Part shown: piece by piece, positions 47,909 through 56,531 of the stretch
How the letters are laid out: every line of letters starts with the position of its first letter
Numbering within the stretch: position 1 is the stretch's first letter
Assembly: GCA_035498405.1 (NCBI GenBank)
Contig: DATKAE010000032.1
Location: 35,195-99,194 of the forward strand
Origin: Thermoanaerobaculia bacterium
Lineage (GTDB): Bacteria > Acidobacteriota > Thermoanaerobaculia > UBA5066 > Gp7-AA6
DNA length: 64,000 bases
Direction of reading: 5' to 3'
Notes under the pieces: model-generated
Databases searched by the model: none
Told to the model about the DNA's origin: nothing
Seen by the model: the letters and a program-made list of their open reading frames with translations, nothing else
Made by a program: the position numbers and the translations under genes

Positions 47909-48826
47909 GTGACGGTACACTCTCTCGAGATGTTTTTCGTCGTTTGCCCCCGGTGCCACTTGCGCCAGAAGCCCGCGGCACAGTGTCGCCGCTGCGGTGA
48001 GCCAACGGCGGCTGCCCCGGTGTTCGCCGGCGATCCGCCGAAGCCGCCCGCGACGGAGCCGCCGCAACCGCGCCGGAGAACAGGCCTCGCGGCCGCCGCT
48101 GTCGGGGTGGCCCTGCTCCTGGTCTTCCTCTGGCTGGCTCGCGCTGGCCGCAGCTCCTCGCCGGTCCGTCCGGCGGCCACGCCGGCCCCCACCGCCGGCG
48201 CCCTCGACCTCTCCGGCCGGTGGCACGGCCAGGTCTCCAAGACGATCGGCACGAACCCGCCGCGGCCCGTTCTGAAGGAGATCTCGATCGAGACGGGCCG
48301 CGACGGCGCGATTCTCGCGGCGAGCGTCGTGTTCACCGACCCGGGCCGCGGAGGAGCCGGGGCCGGCTATTTGAGCTCGTCGGATGGCGCCGCACGCCTG
48401 GCGCCGGCGGCGTCCGGGATCGCTGCGGAGCCGAAAGGCGCGGCGCTATCGCTCGATTTTCTTCGAATGCCCGGCTGGGTGCCCGACCGGGCGCGCCTTT
48501 GGAAGGCGCTCGAGGGGACCAACCGCGGGACCGCTCCCCCGCACTATCTGCTGCTCGAGTCGCTCGAGACCGACTACCTCATCCAGGCGGGAATCAACGA
48601 GTCGGGGTTCCTCTCCTATGTCTTCTTCTCTCCCGAGTACGCCTCCGGCCGGGGGCAGGACGTCCTGTCCCGGGTGATCCATCCCGAACCGGGGGCATCC
48701 CTACGCGGCTTCCACAATCTCATCTGGGACCTCTCCGGCTCGGCCAACTTCTTGACGCTGCAGCTGCCGGTGACGATCTCCGGCCCGGAAGGCGGAGAAC
48801 CCGACGCGCTGATGCTGGCGCGCTAG
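47909..48826 (+). CDS. hypothetical protein: N-terminal zinc ribbon, one TM, about 200-aa extracytoplasmic domain
   Basis: CPRCHLRQKPAAQCRRCG (CxxC-x11-CxxC); Pro-rich linker; TM GLAAAAVGVALLLVFLWLA. Confidence 0.4.
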   Translation: MTVHSLEMFFVVCPRCHLRQKPAAQCRRCGEPTAAAPVFAGDPPKPPATEPPQPRRRTGLAAAAVGVALLLVFLWLARAGRSSSPVRPAATPAPTAGALDLSGRWHGQVSKTIGTNPPRPVLKEISIETGRDGAILAASVVFTDPGRGGAGAGYLSSSDGAARLAPAASGIAAEPKGAALSLDFLRMPGWVPDRARLWKALEGTNRGTAPPHYLLLESLETDYLIQAGINESGFLSYVFFSPEYASGRGQDVLSRVIHPEPGASLRGFHNLIWDLSGSANFLTLQLPVTISGPEGGEPDALMLAR

Positions 48827-48862
48827 GAGGGGTTAGGCGTTACGGTTTCCCCCTCGCCCGCC

Positions 48863-49822
48863 TCAGATCGAAACGATGTATCCCCCGCTCTTGACGTCCT
48901 TCTTCATCGTGATCAGCTTCTGACGCTCGGCGTCCTCGAGCAGCTCCGAGAACGACCGGTAGCCGTAGTACGACTCGTTGAAATAGGGCTGCTTGCGCTG
49001 CATCGTCTGCTTGATCATCGAACCCCAGATCACGTCGTAGTTTTCGCGCTGGAGCGCCTGCATCGAGTCGAGCATCAGCCGGAAGAGCTCCCGCTTCTTT
49101 TCGGGAAAGTTCTCGATCGACGGCAGTGACCGCGTCTCGCGCACCAGATCTTCATAGAAGATGAATTCATCGCAATTGGACAGCAGGAGGTCCGAGGTCG
49201 AATTCTTGACCCCCACGCCGATGACGCCCTTGTCGTTCTCCTTGAGCTTCGAGACCAGCGGCGAAAAGTCGGAGTCTCCCGAGCAGACCACGAAGGTCGT
49301 GATGTGCGACTTGGAGGCCGCCAGGTCCATCGCGTCGACGACCATCCGGATATCGGCCGAGTTCTTCCCGGTGTAGTTGCGTTGCGGAATGTCGATCAGC
49401 TCGATCGCCGCCTCGTGGAATTCGCGCTTGTACTCTGAGTAGCGGGTCCAGTCCGCGTACGCCTTCTTGTACACGATCCGCCCCTTCTCGATCAGCCGCT
49501 GCAGGACCAGATTGATGTCGAACTTCTTGTATTGCGCATCGCGAACGCCGAGCGCGATGTTCTCGAAATCGATGAACAGGGCCAGGCGTTGGTCGACCGC
49601 GCTCCGAGCCGGCGGAGCGGGATTGACGGTGACCGGTGCGGCGGCCGGCGCGACCAGCACCGGAGCGGGCGGAGCCGGAGTCGCGGGTTCATGCGCCGAG
49701 CGGCCTTCATCGGGGGCGGCCGGGCGGCCCTTGTGGCGCCGCGAGCCGCCTCGCCGGCGCCGTCCCTTCTTTTCGCTTTCTCCGCTTTCCGCGGCGGGAA
49801 AGGGAATCGTGTCGTCACTCAT
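48863..49822 (-). CDS. NYN (LabA-like) nuclease-domain protein with C-terminal OST-HTH/LOTUS domain
   Basis: 319 aa from internal ATG. N-terminal basic tract; NYN core (LALFIDFENIALG..., DAMDLAASKSHITTFVVCSGDSDFSPLVSKLKENDKGVIGVG); C-terminal LOTUS-like helical domain. Confidence 0.7.
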   Translation of the reverse strand: MSDDTIPFPAAESGESEKKGRRRRGGSRRHKGRPAAPDEGRSAHEPATPAPPAPVLVAPAAAPVTVNPAPPARSAVDQRLALFIDFENIALGVRDAQYKKFDINLVLQRLIEKGRIVYKKAYADWTRYSEYKREFHEAAIELIDIPQRNYTGKNSADIRMVVDAMDLAASKSHITTFVVCSGDSDFSPLVSKLKENDKGVIGVGVKNSTSDLLLSNCDEFIFYEDLVRETRSLPSIENFPEKKRELFRLMLDSMQALQRENYDVIWGSMIKQTMQRKQPYFNESYYGYRSFSELLEDAERQKLITMKKDVKSGGYIVSI

Positions 49823-50328
49823 CGTCTTTTTCCTTCCGGCGCGTAATCGAACGAGGCCGTCGTCAGCGCGAAGCTGGCAAGGACACGGGCCACCGCTCGG
49901 CCCTGGGCATCCACGAGCTCGACATCGCCCACGTTGATCCGTCTGCCTTTCTTCAAGATCCTGGCCCGCGCCCAGACGTCGGAGCGGGCACGGGCCAGGA
50001 AGTGAATCGTCAGGTCCGCCGTGGCGAACCCCATTTTTCCGTCGAAGTTGGTCGAGAGCGCGAACGCCACCGCCGTGTCGGCCACCGTCGCCAAAATGCC
50101 TCCGTGCACCGTGCCGGACCCGTTGGTCACCTCTTGCCGATAGGGCAGCCGGATGACCGAGCGATCCGGCCCTAGCTCCTCGAGCACGAGACACAGGTGC
50201 ACGAGAGCCGGAGAGGCAGCCAGGCGAGCACGGAGTCGGTCGAGCAGATCCGGAGCCAGTACCGGAACCGAGACTCGACCCGTCGGCTCACGCGGGGGAG
50301 GCCGGTCGCGATCCGCCTCAGTGGCCAC
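49819..50328 (-). CDS. PaaI/YbgC-type hotdog thioesterase
   Basis: GTVHGGILATVADTAVAFA motif; 1-nt overlap with the NYN gene start. Confidence 0.7.
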   Translation of the reverse strand: MATEADRDRPPPREPTGRVSVPVLAPDLLDRLRARLAASPALVHLCLVLEELGPDRSVIRLPYRQEVTNGSGTVHGGILATVADTAVAFALSTNFDGKMGFATADLTIHFLARARSDVWARARILKKGRRINVGDVELVDAQGRAVARVLASFALTTASFDYAPEGKRR

Positions 50329-50379
50329 GCGGCCTCGGGCGCAGTCTTTCCCATCCGTCCGGGCCCAAGCGCGACGGGC

Positions 50380-50604
50380 CTAGACCGAACCTTCCTCGGG
50401 TTCGTCCTTGCTGTAGTACGGCAGCTCCTCGGCCCGTCGGGTGGAGTTGTCCAGATGCCGGGGCACCTCGATGAGCGTTCGCGTCATGTTCGGATCGCAG
50501 GTCTCGTTCTCGCATTCGTACGTGTAGACGTTTCGGTCGGCCTCCTTCCGAAAGCCCACAACGGTCTGGTAAGTGTCGCAGTTACCGCATTTGACCGACA
50601 TCAT
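50380..50604 (-). CDS. small zinc-ribbon protein (74 aa)
   Basis: MMSVKCGNCDTYQ...YECENETCDP (CxxC...Cx4C) within track ORF 50380..51297. The upstream 230 residues of that ORF are low-complexity and overlap the + strand gene. Confidence 0.4.
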   Translation of the reverse strand: MMSVKCGNCDTYQTVVGFRKEADRNVYTYECENETCDPNMTRTLIEVPRHLDNSTRRAEELPYYSKDEPEEGSV

Positions 50605-50685
50605 GAAGATGTCGATGACGTGCAATTCCGGTCGGTCTTCCGGCTCGTCCACCGCATCATAATACGCCCGCAGGAGACTTCCAAC

Positions 50686-51144
50686 ATGCGCAAACGAGTG
50701 ACCCTCTCGCTGCTGACGCTCCTCGGCATGTACGCCGGGGCCATCGGCGCGGCACCGGAGTCCTTCGAGAAAACGATTCCCGTCCCGCGCTCGGGTGTCG
50801 CCCGGCTCGGCTGGACCTCCGATCGCTGCTCGGTCGTGAGCGTCGAGCTTCGAAATTACCCGGACTCCGAAGACATCGAGAAGGCGCGCCAGAAGGATCC
50901 CGGGGACCACTCGTGGGTCTGGTGGCAGTTCAACGTCGAGAACCGCGGGGACGCGAAATGCCGGATCCGGCTCTGGGTCGAGGTCCTCGACAAGAACGGA
51001 AACGTCCTCAAGCAGAGCGACCGGAGCGACACGGTCGACGCCCACAAGTTGGACGACGAGATCCGACTCTCGACTCGAATGAGGACGATCGACATCGCCG
51101 ATGCTCCGAAGGCGCGCCTGCGCGCGGAGATTGGACCGAAGTGA
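50686..51144 (+). CDS. small secreted protein of unknown function (152 aa)
   Basis: Signal peptide MRKRVTLSLLTLLGMYAGAIGAAP; beta-rich mature domain with two Cys. Confidence 0.45.
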   Translation: MRKRVTLSLLTLLGMYAGAIGAAPESFEKTIPVPRSGVARLGWTSDRCSVVSVELRNYPDSEDIEKARQKDPGDHSWVWWQFNVENRGDAKCRIRLWVEVLDKNGNVLKQSDRSDTVDAHKLDDEIRLSTRMRTIDIADAPKARLRAEIGPK

Positions 51145-51205
51145 CGTCCGGCTCGACCGTCGGCACGCGATAGCCGCCGACGCCGGGCGATTGCTGTCCC
51201 GTAGA

Positions 51206-52156
51206 ATGGCTCCCGTGACGCCGTCCCTGGAGGAAGCGGCCCGCGCGGGAGCGTACCGGGCCGCACGGGAGGGACTGGCGCATCGCGCGCGGGACACGGC
51301 CGTTCTCGACGTCGAGGGTCGCGACCGCGAGAGCTTCCTGCAGGGCCAGCTGACGCAGGACGTCCGATCACTGACGGCGGGTCAGTCGCGGGCGGCGGCC
51401 GCCCTCACGCCTACGGGCAAGCTCCTATTCACTGCGCGGCTGGTCGGGCTGGCCGACCGAATCCGGCTCTTGCTCCCGGCCGGCTCCCGAGAATCGGCCC
51501 TGGCTCACCTCAGAAAATTCGCGGCCTTCCAGAAGGTCTCGGTCGAGGATCGCTCCGGCGCCTATCGCCGGCTGGGGCTCTATGGGCCGCGCGGTCTCGC
51601 GCTCGCCGATCTCCCGGCCGAGATTCTTTGCCTGGCCGGCGAGGGAGAGTTCTCTTGCGAGCTCCTAGTGCCGCTTGACCGCGAAGCCGACGCCCGAGCA
51701 TGGCTCGATCGCCAGGGAGCCGTCCCGATCGACCCCGCGACGGCCGAAATCTTGCGGGTCGAGGCCGGTCGGCCGCGGTTCGGGCAGGACGTCGACACCT
51801 CGAACCTGCCCGACGAGGCTGGCCTGGACGCGGCGATCTCCTCGACCAAGGGATGCTACGTGGGCCAGGAGATCATCGCGCGCCGGCGTACCTATGGACG
51901 ACTGAACCGCCGGCTGATTGGCTACCACTTTCCGGAGGGCATCCTGCCGGCGGGAACGATACTTCGGCGGGGGGCCGCGCCTGGCGAGGCTCCCGAGGCG
52001 ACCCAGGCCGGGCGTGTCACGAGTTCCGTGGTCTCGCCGCGATTCGGCCCCATCGGACTCGGTTTCGCCTTCCACGATGTCGCGATCGGGGACCGCCTCG
52101 TTTCGGTGGATGATCTCGCCCGGACGGCCGTCGCTTCGGTGCTCCCGTTCGTGTGA
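51206..52156 (+). CDS. ygfZ: YgfZ/GcvT-like folate-binding protein
   Basis: GcvT-fold regions (ESFLQGQLTQDV, KGCYVGQEIIARRRTYG, VTSSVVSPRFGPIGLGF). Confidence 0.7.
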   Translation: MAPVTPSLEEAARAGAYRAAREGLAHRARDTAVLDVEGRDRESFLQGQLTQDVRSLTAGQSRAAAALTPTGKLLFTARLVGLADRIRLLLPAGSRESALAHLRKFAAFQKVSVEDRSGAYRRLGLYGPRGLALADLPAEILCLAGEGEFSCELLVPLDREADARAWLDRQGAVPIDPATAEILRVEAGRPRFGQDVDTSNLPDEAGLDAAISSTKGCYVGQEIIARRRTYGRLNRRLIGYHFPEGILPAGTILRRGAAPGEAPEATQAGRVTSSVVSPRFGPIGLGFAFHDVAIGDRLVSVDDLARTAVASVLPFV

Positions 52157-53067
52157 ACCCGCCGACCCGAGAAAACAGCGGCTGGCCCGTACACGTGGCC
52201 CTTCTGGGGGCCCAGACGGGGTTTTCGCTCTTTCCCATCTTCGGCAAGCTCGCCCTCGCGACCATCCCCCCCATGGTTCTCGCGGCGTTTCGTGTGGTCG
52301 CGGCCTCGCTGCTGCTCGCGATGTTCCGGCGCTTCTCCGGAGAGGAGCGGATCGCGCCGGGGGACCGCAAACGGATCCTCCTCTTCGCCCTGCTGGGAGT
52401 CTCCTTCAACCAGGTCCTCTTCATCTTCGGTCTGTCCCTGACCACGGCCATCAACACGACGATCTTGACGGCGATGATTCCGATCTACACGCTCGCGGCT
52501 GCGGCCCTGCTGCGCCACGAACGCCTGACCGTTCGCGGCGCGGCGGCCCTGCTCTTGGCCGCCCCCGGCGCTTTGCTCTTGCTTCGCGCCGAGAGTTTCG
52601 ATTGGCACAACGAGTACTTCCGCGGAGATCTGATGCTGATCGCCAACGGAATCTCGTATGCCTTCTATCTCGTTCTCTCACGGCCGATCCTGGCTCGCTA
52701 CCGCGTCCTGACGGTCGTTTCGGGCGTCTTCGCATACGGCACTCTCCCGATCGCCCTGGCGGCGCTCCCGTCGCTCGCGGCTTTCTCGGCCCGCCGGGTC
52801 ACCGCCGTGGGATGGGAGAGCCTAGCCGCGGTCATTCTCCTTTGCACCGTCCTCCCCTACTTCTGGAACTCCTGGGCCCTCGCGCGCACGCACGCCTCCC
52901 GGGTCGCCTTCTACATCTTCCTGCAGCCCCTGATCTCCTCGGCGCTGGCGATCCTCGTCCTGGGCGAGCGCCTCACGTTGCGCACCGCCGCAGCCGCGTT
53001 GCTCATCCTCTCCGGCCTGGCGGTTTCGCTCTCGCCGGCGCGTCTGGCCGCGCGCCCGATCCCATGA
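52153..53067 (+). CDS. EamA/DMT-superfamily transporter
   Basis: 10 TM segments in a duplicated EamA arrangement; GTGA overlap with the ygfZ stop. Confidence 0.75.
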   Translation: MNPPTRENSGWPVHVALLGAQTGFSLFPIFGKLALATIPPMVLAAFRVVAASLLLAMFRRFSGEERIAPGDRKRILLFALLGVSFNQVLFIFGLSLTTAINTTILTAMIPIYTLAAAALLRHERLTVRGAAALLLAAPGALLLLRAESFDWHNEYFRGDLMLIANGISYAFYLVLSRPILARYRVLTVVSGVFAYGTLPIALAALPSLAAFSARRVTAVGWESLAAVILLCTVLPYFWNSWALARTHASRVAFYIFLQPLISSALAILVLGERLTLRTAAAALLILSGLAVSLSPARLAARPIP

Positions 53068-53768
53068 CGACATCGGTCTCGGGCCTCCGAGTCGCGGTCG
53101 TCATCCCGGTCTTCAACGAGCAGGAGGCGCTTCCGCTCGTCGTCGCGGACCTGCCCCGGGCCTTGATTTCCGAGGTGATCGTCGTCGATAACGGCTCGAC
53201 CGATGGCACGGCCCAGATCGCGCGCGGGCTTCCCGTGCGCCTCATCCGGGAGGCGCGGCGGGGCTACGGGAGCGCCTGTCTGGCGGGTGTCCAAGCGCTC
53301 GCCGGCCATCCGCCCGACGTCGTCGTCTTCCTCGACGGCGACTATTCGGACCACCCCGAGCAACTGCCTCTCCTGCTCGAGGCCGTGGCACAAGGCGCCG
53401 AGCTCGTGATCGGTTCGCGGCGGCTCGGCCGCGCGGAGCCCGGAGCGTTGTTGCCCCAAGCGCGGTTCGGCAACGCGCTCGCTTGCCGGCTCATCCGATG
53501 GCTCTATGGCTATCGGTATACGGACCTCGGTCCGTTTCGCGCCATTCGGTGGGATTCGTACCGGCGCCTCGGGATGCAGGACACCGGCTTCGGATGGACC
53601 GCGGAAATGCAAGTCAAGGCGCTTTCGGCGGGACTCCGTGTGGCCGAGGTTCCGGTCTCCTACCGGCGCCGCGTCGGAGTCTCCAAGATCACCGGCACCA
53701 TCAGCGGCACCCTCCGAGCGGGTTTGAAGATCCTCTGGACGATTGCGCGCTGCCGGCTCGCGCGATGA
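53064..53768 (+). CDS. family-2 glycosyltransferase (Dpm1/ArnC-like polyprenol-phosphate glycosyltransferase)
   Basis: ATGA overlap with the EamA stop. GT2 motifs: VVIPVFNEQEAL, VIVVDNGSTDGT, DGDYSDHP (DxD). Confidence 0.75.
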   Translation: MTTSVSGLRVAVVIPVFNEQEALPLVVADLPRALISEVIVVDNGSTDGTAQIARGLPVRLIREARRGYGSACLAGVQALAGHPPDVVVFLDGDYSDHPEQLPLLLEAVAQGAELVIGSRRLGRAEPGALLPQARFGNALACRLIRWLYGYRYTDLGPFRAIRWDSYRRLGMQDTGFGWTAEMQVKALSAGLRVAEVPVSYRRRVGVSKITGTISGTLRAGLKILWTIARCRLAR

Positions 53769-53789
53769 CGCCCGCGGTTCTCGCGTGTC

Positions 53790-54194
53790 CTACTGGCGGA
53801 AGCGGTCGAGAGTTTGGACCACCTTCTCCGGCGCGTGCCTCGGCTTCCCATGAACATCCGCGAAGATGTGTCGCGTCGACCCGTCGGCCATGAGAAGGTC
53901 CGTCGCGTCGACGACCTCGTAGTCGAAACGGAGGCCCCGGCCCGAGAGCTCCGGCAGTGTGGTGCGCACGCGCAGGGGGTCGTCGTAACGAGCCGGGCGG
54001 CGATACTTGCACTGGAGTCCGATGACCGGAATCAGCAAGCCCGACTCCTCGAGCTCGCGGTAAGGCAGACCCGCCGCGCGGCAGAACTCGGTTCTTCCGA
54101 TCTCGAACCAGACCGCATAGTGGGAGTGGTAGACGACCCCCATTTGGTCGGTCTCGGCGTAGCGCACCCGGACGGCAATCTCGACGGTGCGCAT
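53790..54194 (-). CDS. acyl-CoA thioesterase, YbgC/4HBT family
   Basis: VRYAETDQMGVVYHSHYAVWFEIGRTEF hotdog thioesterase N-terminal signature. Confidence 0.75.
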   Translation of the reverse strand: MRTVEIAVRVRYAETDQMGVVYHSHYAVWFEIGRTEFCRAAGLPYRELEESGLLIPVIGLQCKYRRPARYDDPLRVRTTLPELSGRGLRFDYEVVDATDLLMADGSTRHIFADVHGKPRHAPEKVVQTLDRFRQ

Positions 54195-54223
54195 GGGGTC
54201 TCGGGTGCCGGCGCGTTCCTGGA

Positions 54224-54703
54224 TCAGAACCGCTCGGCGAGCCGCCGTCGGACCGTCTCGGGAACCAGTCCGGTCAGGTCCCCGCCCAGACGCGCGACCT
54301 CTTTGACCAGCCGGCTCGAGACGTAGGAGTATTCCTCCTTGGCCATGAGGAACACGGTCTCCACCTCCGGGGACAGGCGACGGTTCATGAGGGCCATCTG
54401 GAGCTCGTACTCGTAGTCCGAGATCGCGCGAAGTCCCCGGACGATGAGCGAGGCGCCGCAGCCCTTCGCAAAATCGACGAGCAGGCCGGAGAAAGAGCGG
54501 ACCTCGACGTCCGGGGAGTCGCCCAGAATCTCGCGGATCATGACCACGCGTTCCGGAACGGAAAAGAGCGGCGTCTTGGAATCATTTTCCAAGATGGCGA
54601 TGATCACGCGGTCCGCCAGCCGCCGCGCGCGAGAGACGATGTCCAGATGGCCGCAAGTCGGCGGGTCGAAGGAGCCCGGATAGAGCGCAACTCGTTCGGG
54701 CAT
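54224..54703 (-). CDS. coaD: phosphopantetheine adenylyltransferase
   Basis: YPGSFDPPTCGHLDIVSRA (T/HxGH) and full-length collinearity with CoaD. Confidence 0.9.
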   Translation of the reverse strand: MPERVALYPGSFDPPTCGHLDIVSRARRLADRVIIAILENDSKTPLFSVPERVVMIREILGDSPDVEVRSFSGLLVDFAKGCGASLIVRGLRAISDYEYELQMALMNRRLSPEVETVFLMAKEEYSYVSSRLVKEVARLGGDLTGLVPETVRRRLAERF

Positions 54704-55554
54704 TACCTGCTCCCCCTCTCGACCACCGCCGACCGCAGGCCCTCCGCCAGAAGATTATAGGCGGCCACCGTCAGGAAGAGAGCGATCCCGGGGAACAGAG
54801 CCATCCACCACGCCTCCTCGATGTAGGTCGGCGCCACCGCGAGGATCCCGCCCCAGGAAGCGGTCGAGGCCGGGAGCCCGACGCCGAGGAACGAGAGCGC
54901 GGCTTCGGCCAGGATCGCCCACGCCACGCCGAAAGCCGCCGACACCAAGAGCGGCGGCAGCACGTTCGGCAACAGGTGACGCACCAGGATGCGCGGGGTC
55001 GACGCGCCCGCCGCGCGCGCGGCACGCGTGTAGTCGAGGTCCTTCACCTTCAGAACCTCGGCCCGGGCATAGCGCGCGTCGCCCGGCCAGGAAGTCAGCC
55101 CGATGGCGAGGATGACGGCCGCCGGCGAGGGGGGCAGAAATGCCGCGAGCGCCAGCAGCAGGAAGAGGACCGGAAAGCACAGCACGACCTCCATGACTCG
55201 GGAGAGCAACAAATCGGCTGCGCCGCCGAAATATCCGGCACTCGCGCCGACCGCAAATCCGACCAGCAGCGACACGGCGGCCGCAGCCAGGCCAATTCCG
55301 AGCGAGATGGGTGTTGCGACCATCACTCGGGCGAATAGGTCTCGCCCGAGGTCGTCCGTACCGAAAGGATGGGTGGCCGAGGGAGCGGCCAGGCGCTCCT
55401 CCAGCCGGATCTCGGCCGCGCGACGCGCGAAGAGCGGGGAGACCAAAGCGGCGAGCCAGAGCAGGATCACCACGGCCAGAGCCACGGAGCCGGTGACCGG
55501 CAGGCGTGCTCCGCGCCGAATCCCGCGGGCGCCAGACTCCGGCGTCGCGGTCAA
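54703..55554 (-). CDS. oppC: ABC peptide-transporter permease (OppC/DppC-like)
   Basis: TTG start overlaps the oppB stop (TTGA). N-terminal TM then EAA-loop region (YARAEVLKVKDLDYTRAARAAGAS). Only the C-terminal 283 aa of track ORF 54703..56685 are used. Confidence 0.8.
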   Translation of the reverse strand: MTATPESGARGIRRGARLPVTGSVALAVVILLWLAALVSPLFARRAAEIRLEERLAAPSATHPFGTDDLGRDLFARVMVATPISLGIGLAAAAVSLLVGFAVGASAGYFGGAADLLLSRVMEVVLCFPVLFLLLALAAFLPPSPAAVILAIGLTSWPGDARYARAEVLKVKDLDYTRAARAAGASTPRILVRHLLPNVLPPLLVSAAFGVAWAILAEAALSFLGVGLPASTASWGGILAVAPTYIEEAWWMALFPGIALFLTVAAYNLLAEGLRSAVVERGSR

Positions 55555-56531
55555 CGCGGCTCCGTCCCGTCCCGGACCCGTGGATCGGCGAGGGCATAGG
55601 CCAAATCCGCGGTCAGCGTCAGGACGAGCGTCGCTACGGCGCCGAGCAAAGAAAGCGCGAGGACGACCGGATAGTCCCGCGCGAGGATGGAGTCGAAGAA
55701 CAGCCGACCCACTCCGGGCCAGGCGAAGATCCGCTCGATGATCACGCTTCCCGACAGGAGGCCGGGCAGCATCAGTCCGAGAAGCGTGATCAACGGAAGC
55801 AGGGCATTTCGAAAGGCGTGGGCCCAGAGGGCTCGGCGTGGAGAGGCGCCGCGGGCTCGCGCCGCCAAGACGAAGTCGTGTTGCCTCGCCTCGGCCACTC
55901 CCGACCGGACCAGTCGCGCAAAGAAAGCGAGCGAACCGTACGTGAGACAGACGACGGGAAGCGCGAGGTGCTCCAGTCGGTCGGACAGCCCCGCCCACCC
56001 GGAGGGCGTCCCGTCGGAGGCCACCCCGTAGAGGGGCAGCCACCGCAGACGGACCGAGAACAAGGTCTGGAGGAGCAGGGCCGCCCAAAATGAAGGCAGC
56101 GAATAGAGGGCGAACAGCACGACACCCGAAACTCGGTCGAGCGAGCCTTCCGGGTGGCCCCCCGCCGCGACACCGAGCGGAATCGCGATCCCCAGTGTGA
56201 GAAGCAGCGCCAGGCCATTCAGGAGCAAGGTGTAGGGAAGGGCTTCGAGAATCCGGGTGGCGACCGGCCGATGGTCCACGAAGGACTCGCCCAGATCCAG
56301 CCGCCCCACGCGGACCAGCCACGTGGCGAAGCGCTCGGGCAGCGGACGGTCGAGGCCGTACAGCCGCCGCATCTCTTCGGCGGCGCGGGCCGAAACACGG
56401 CGGCCGGACTCGGCCCCGAGGGCTGTCACGGGACTTCCCGGCGCCAGGTGCAGCAGGAGGAAAACGAGAATGACGATTCCCAGGAGCGTCGGCACCGCCA
56501 GGGCCAGACGCTGGAGCGTGTAGCGAATCAC
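55551..56531 (-). CDS. oppB: ABC peptide-transporter permease (OppB/DppB-like)
   Basis: (M)IRYTLQRLALAVPTLLGIVILVFLLLHLAPG; EAA loop (FVLAARARGASPRRALWAHAFRNAL). GTGA overlap with the oppA stop. Confidence 0.8.
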   Translation of the reverse strand: MIRYTLQRLALAVPTLLGIVILVFLLLHLAPGSPVTALGAESGRRVSARAAEEMRRLYGLDRPLPERFATWLVRVGRLDLGESFVDHRPVATRILEALPYTLLLNGLALLLTLGIAIPLGVAAGGHPEGSLDRVSGVVLFALYSLPSFWAALLLQTLFSVRLRWLPLYGVASDGTPSGWAGLSDRLEHLALPVVCLTYGSLAFFARLVRSGVAEARQHDFVLAARARGASPRRALWAHAFRNALLPLITLLGLMLPGLLSGSVIIERIFAWPGVGRLFFDSILARDYPVVLALSLLGAVATLVLTLTADLAYALADPRVRDGTEPR

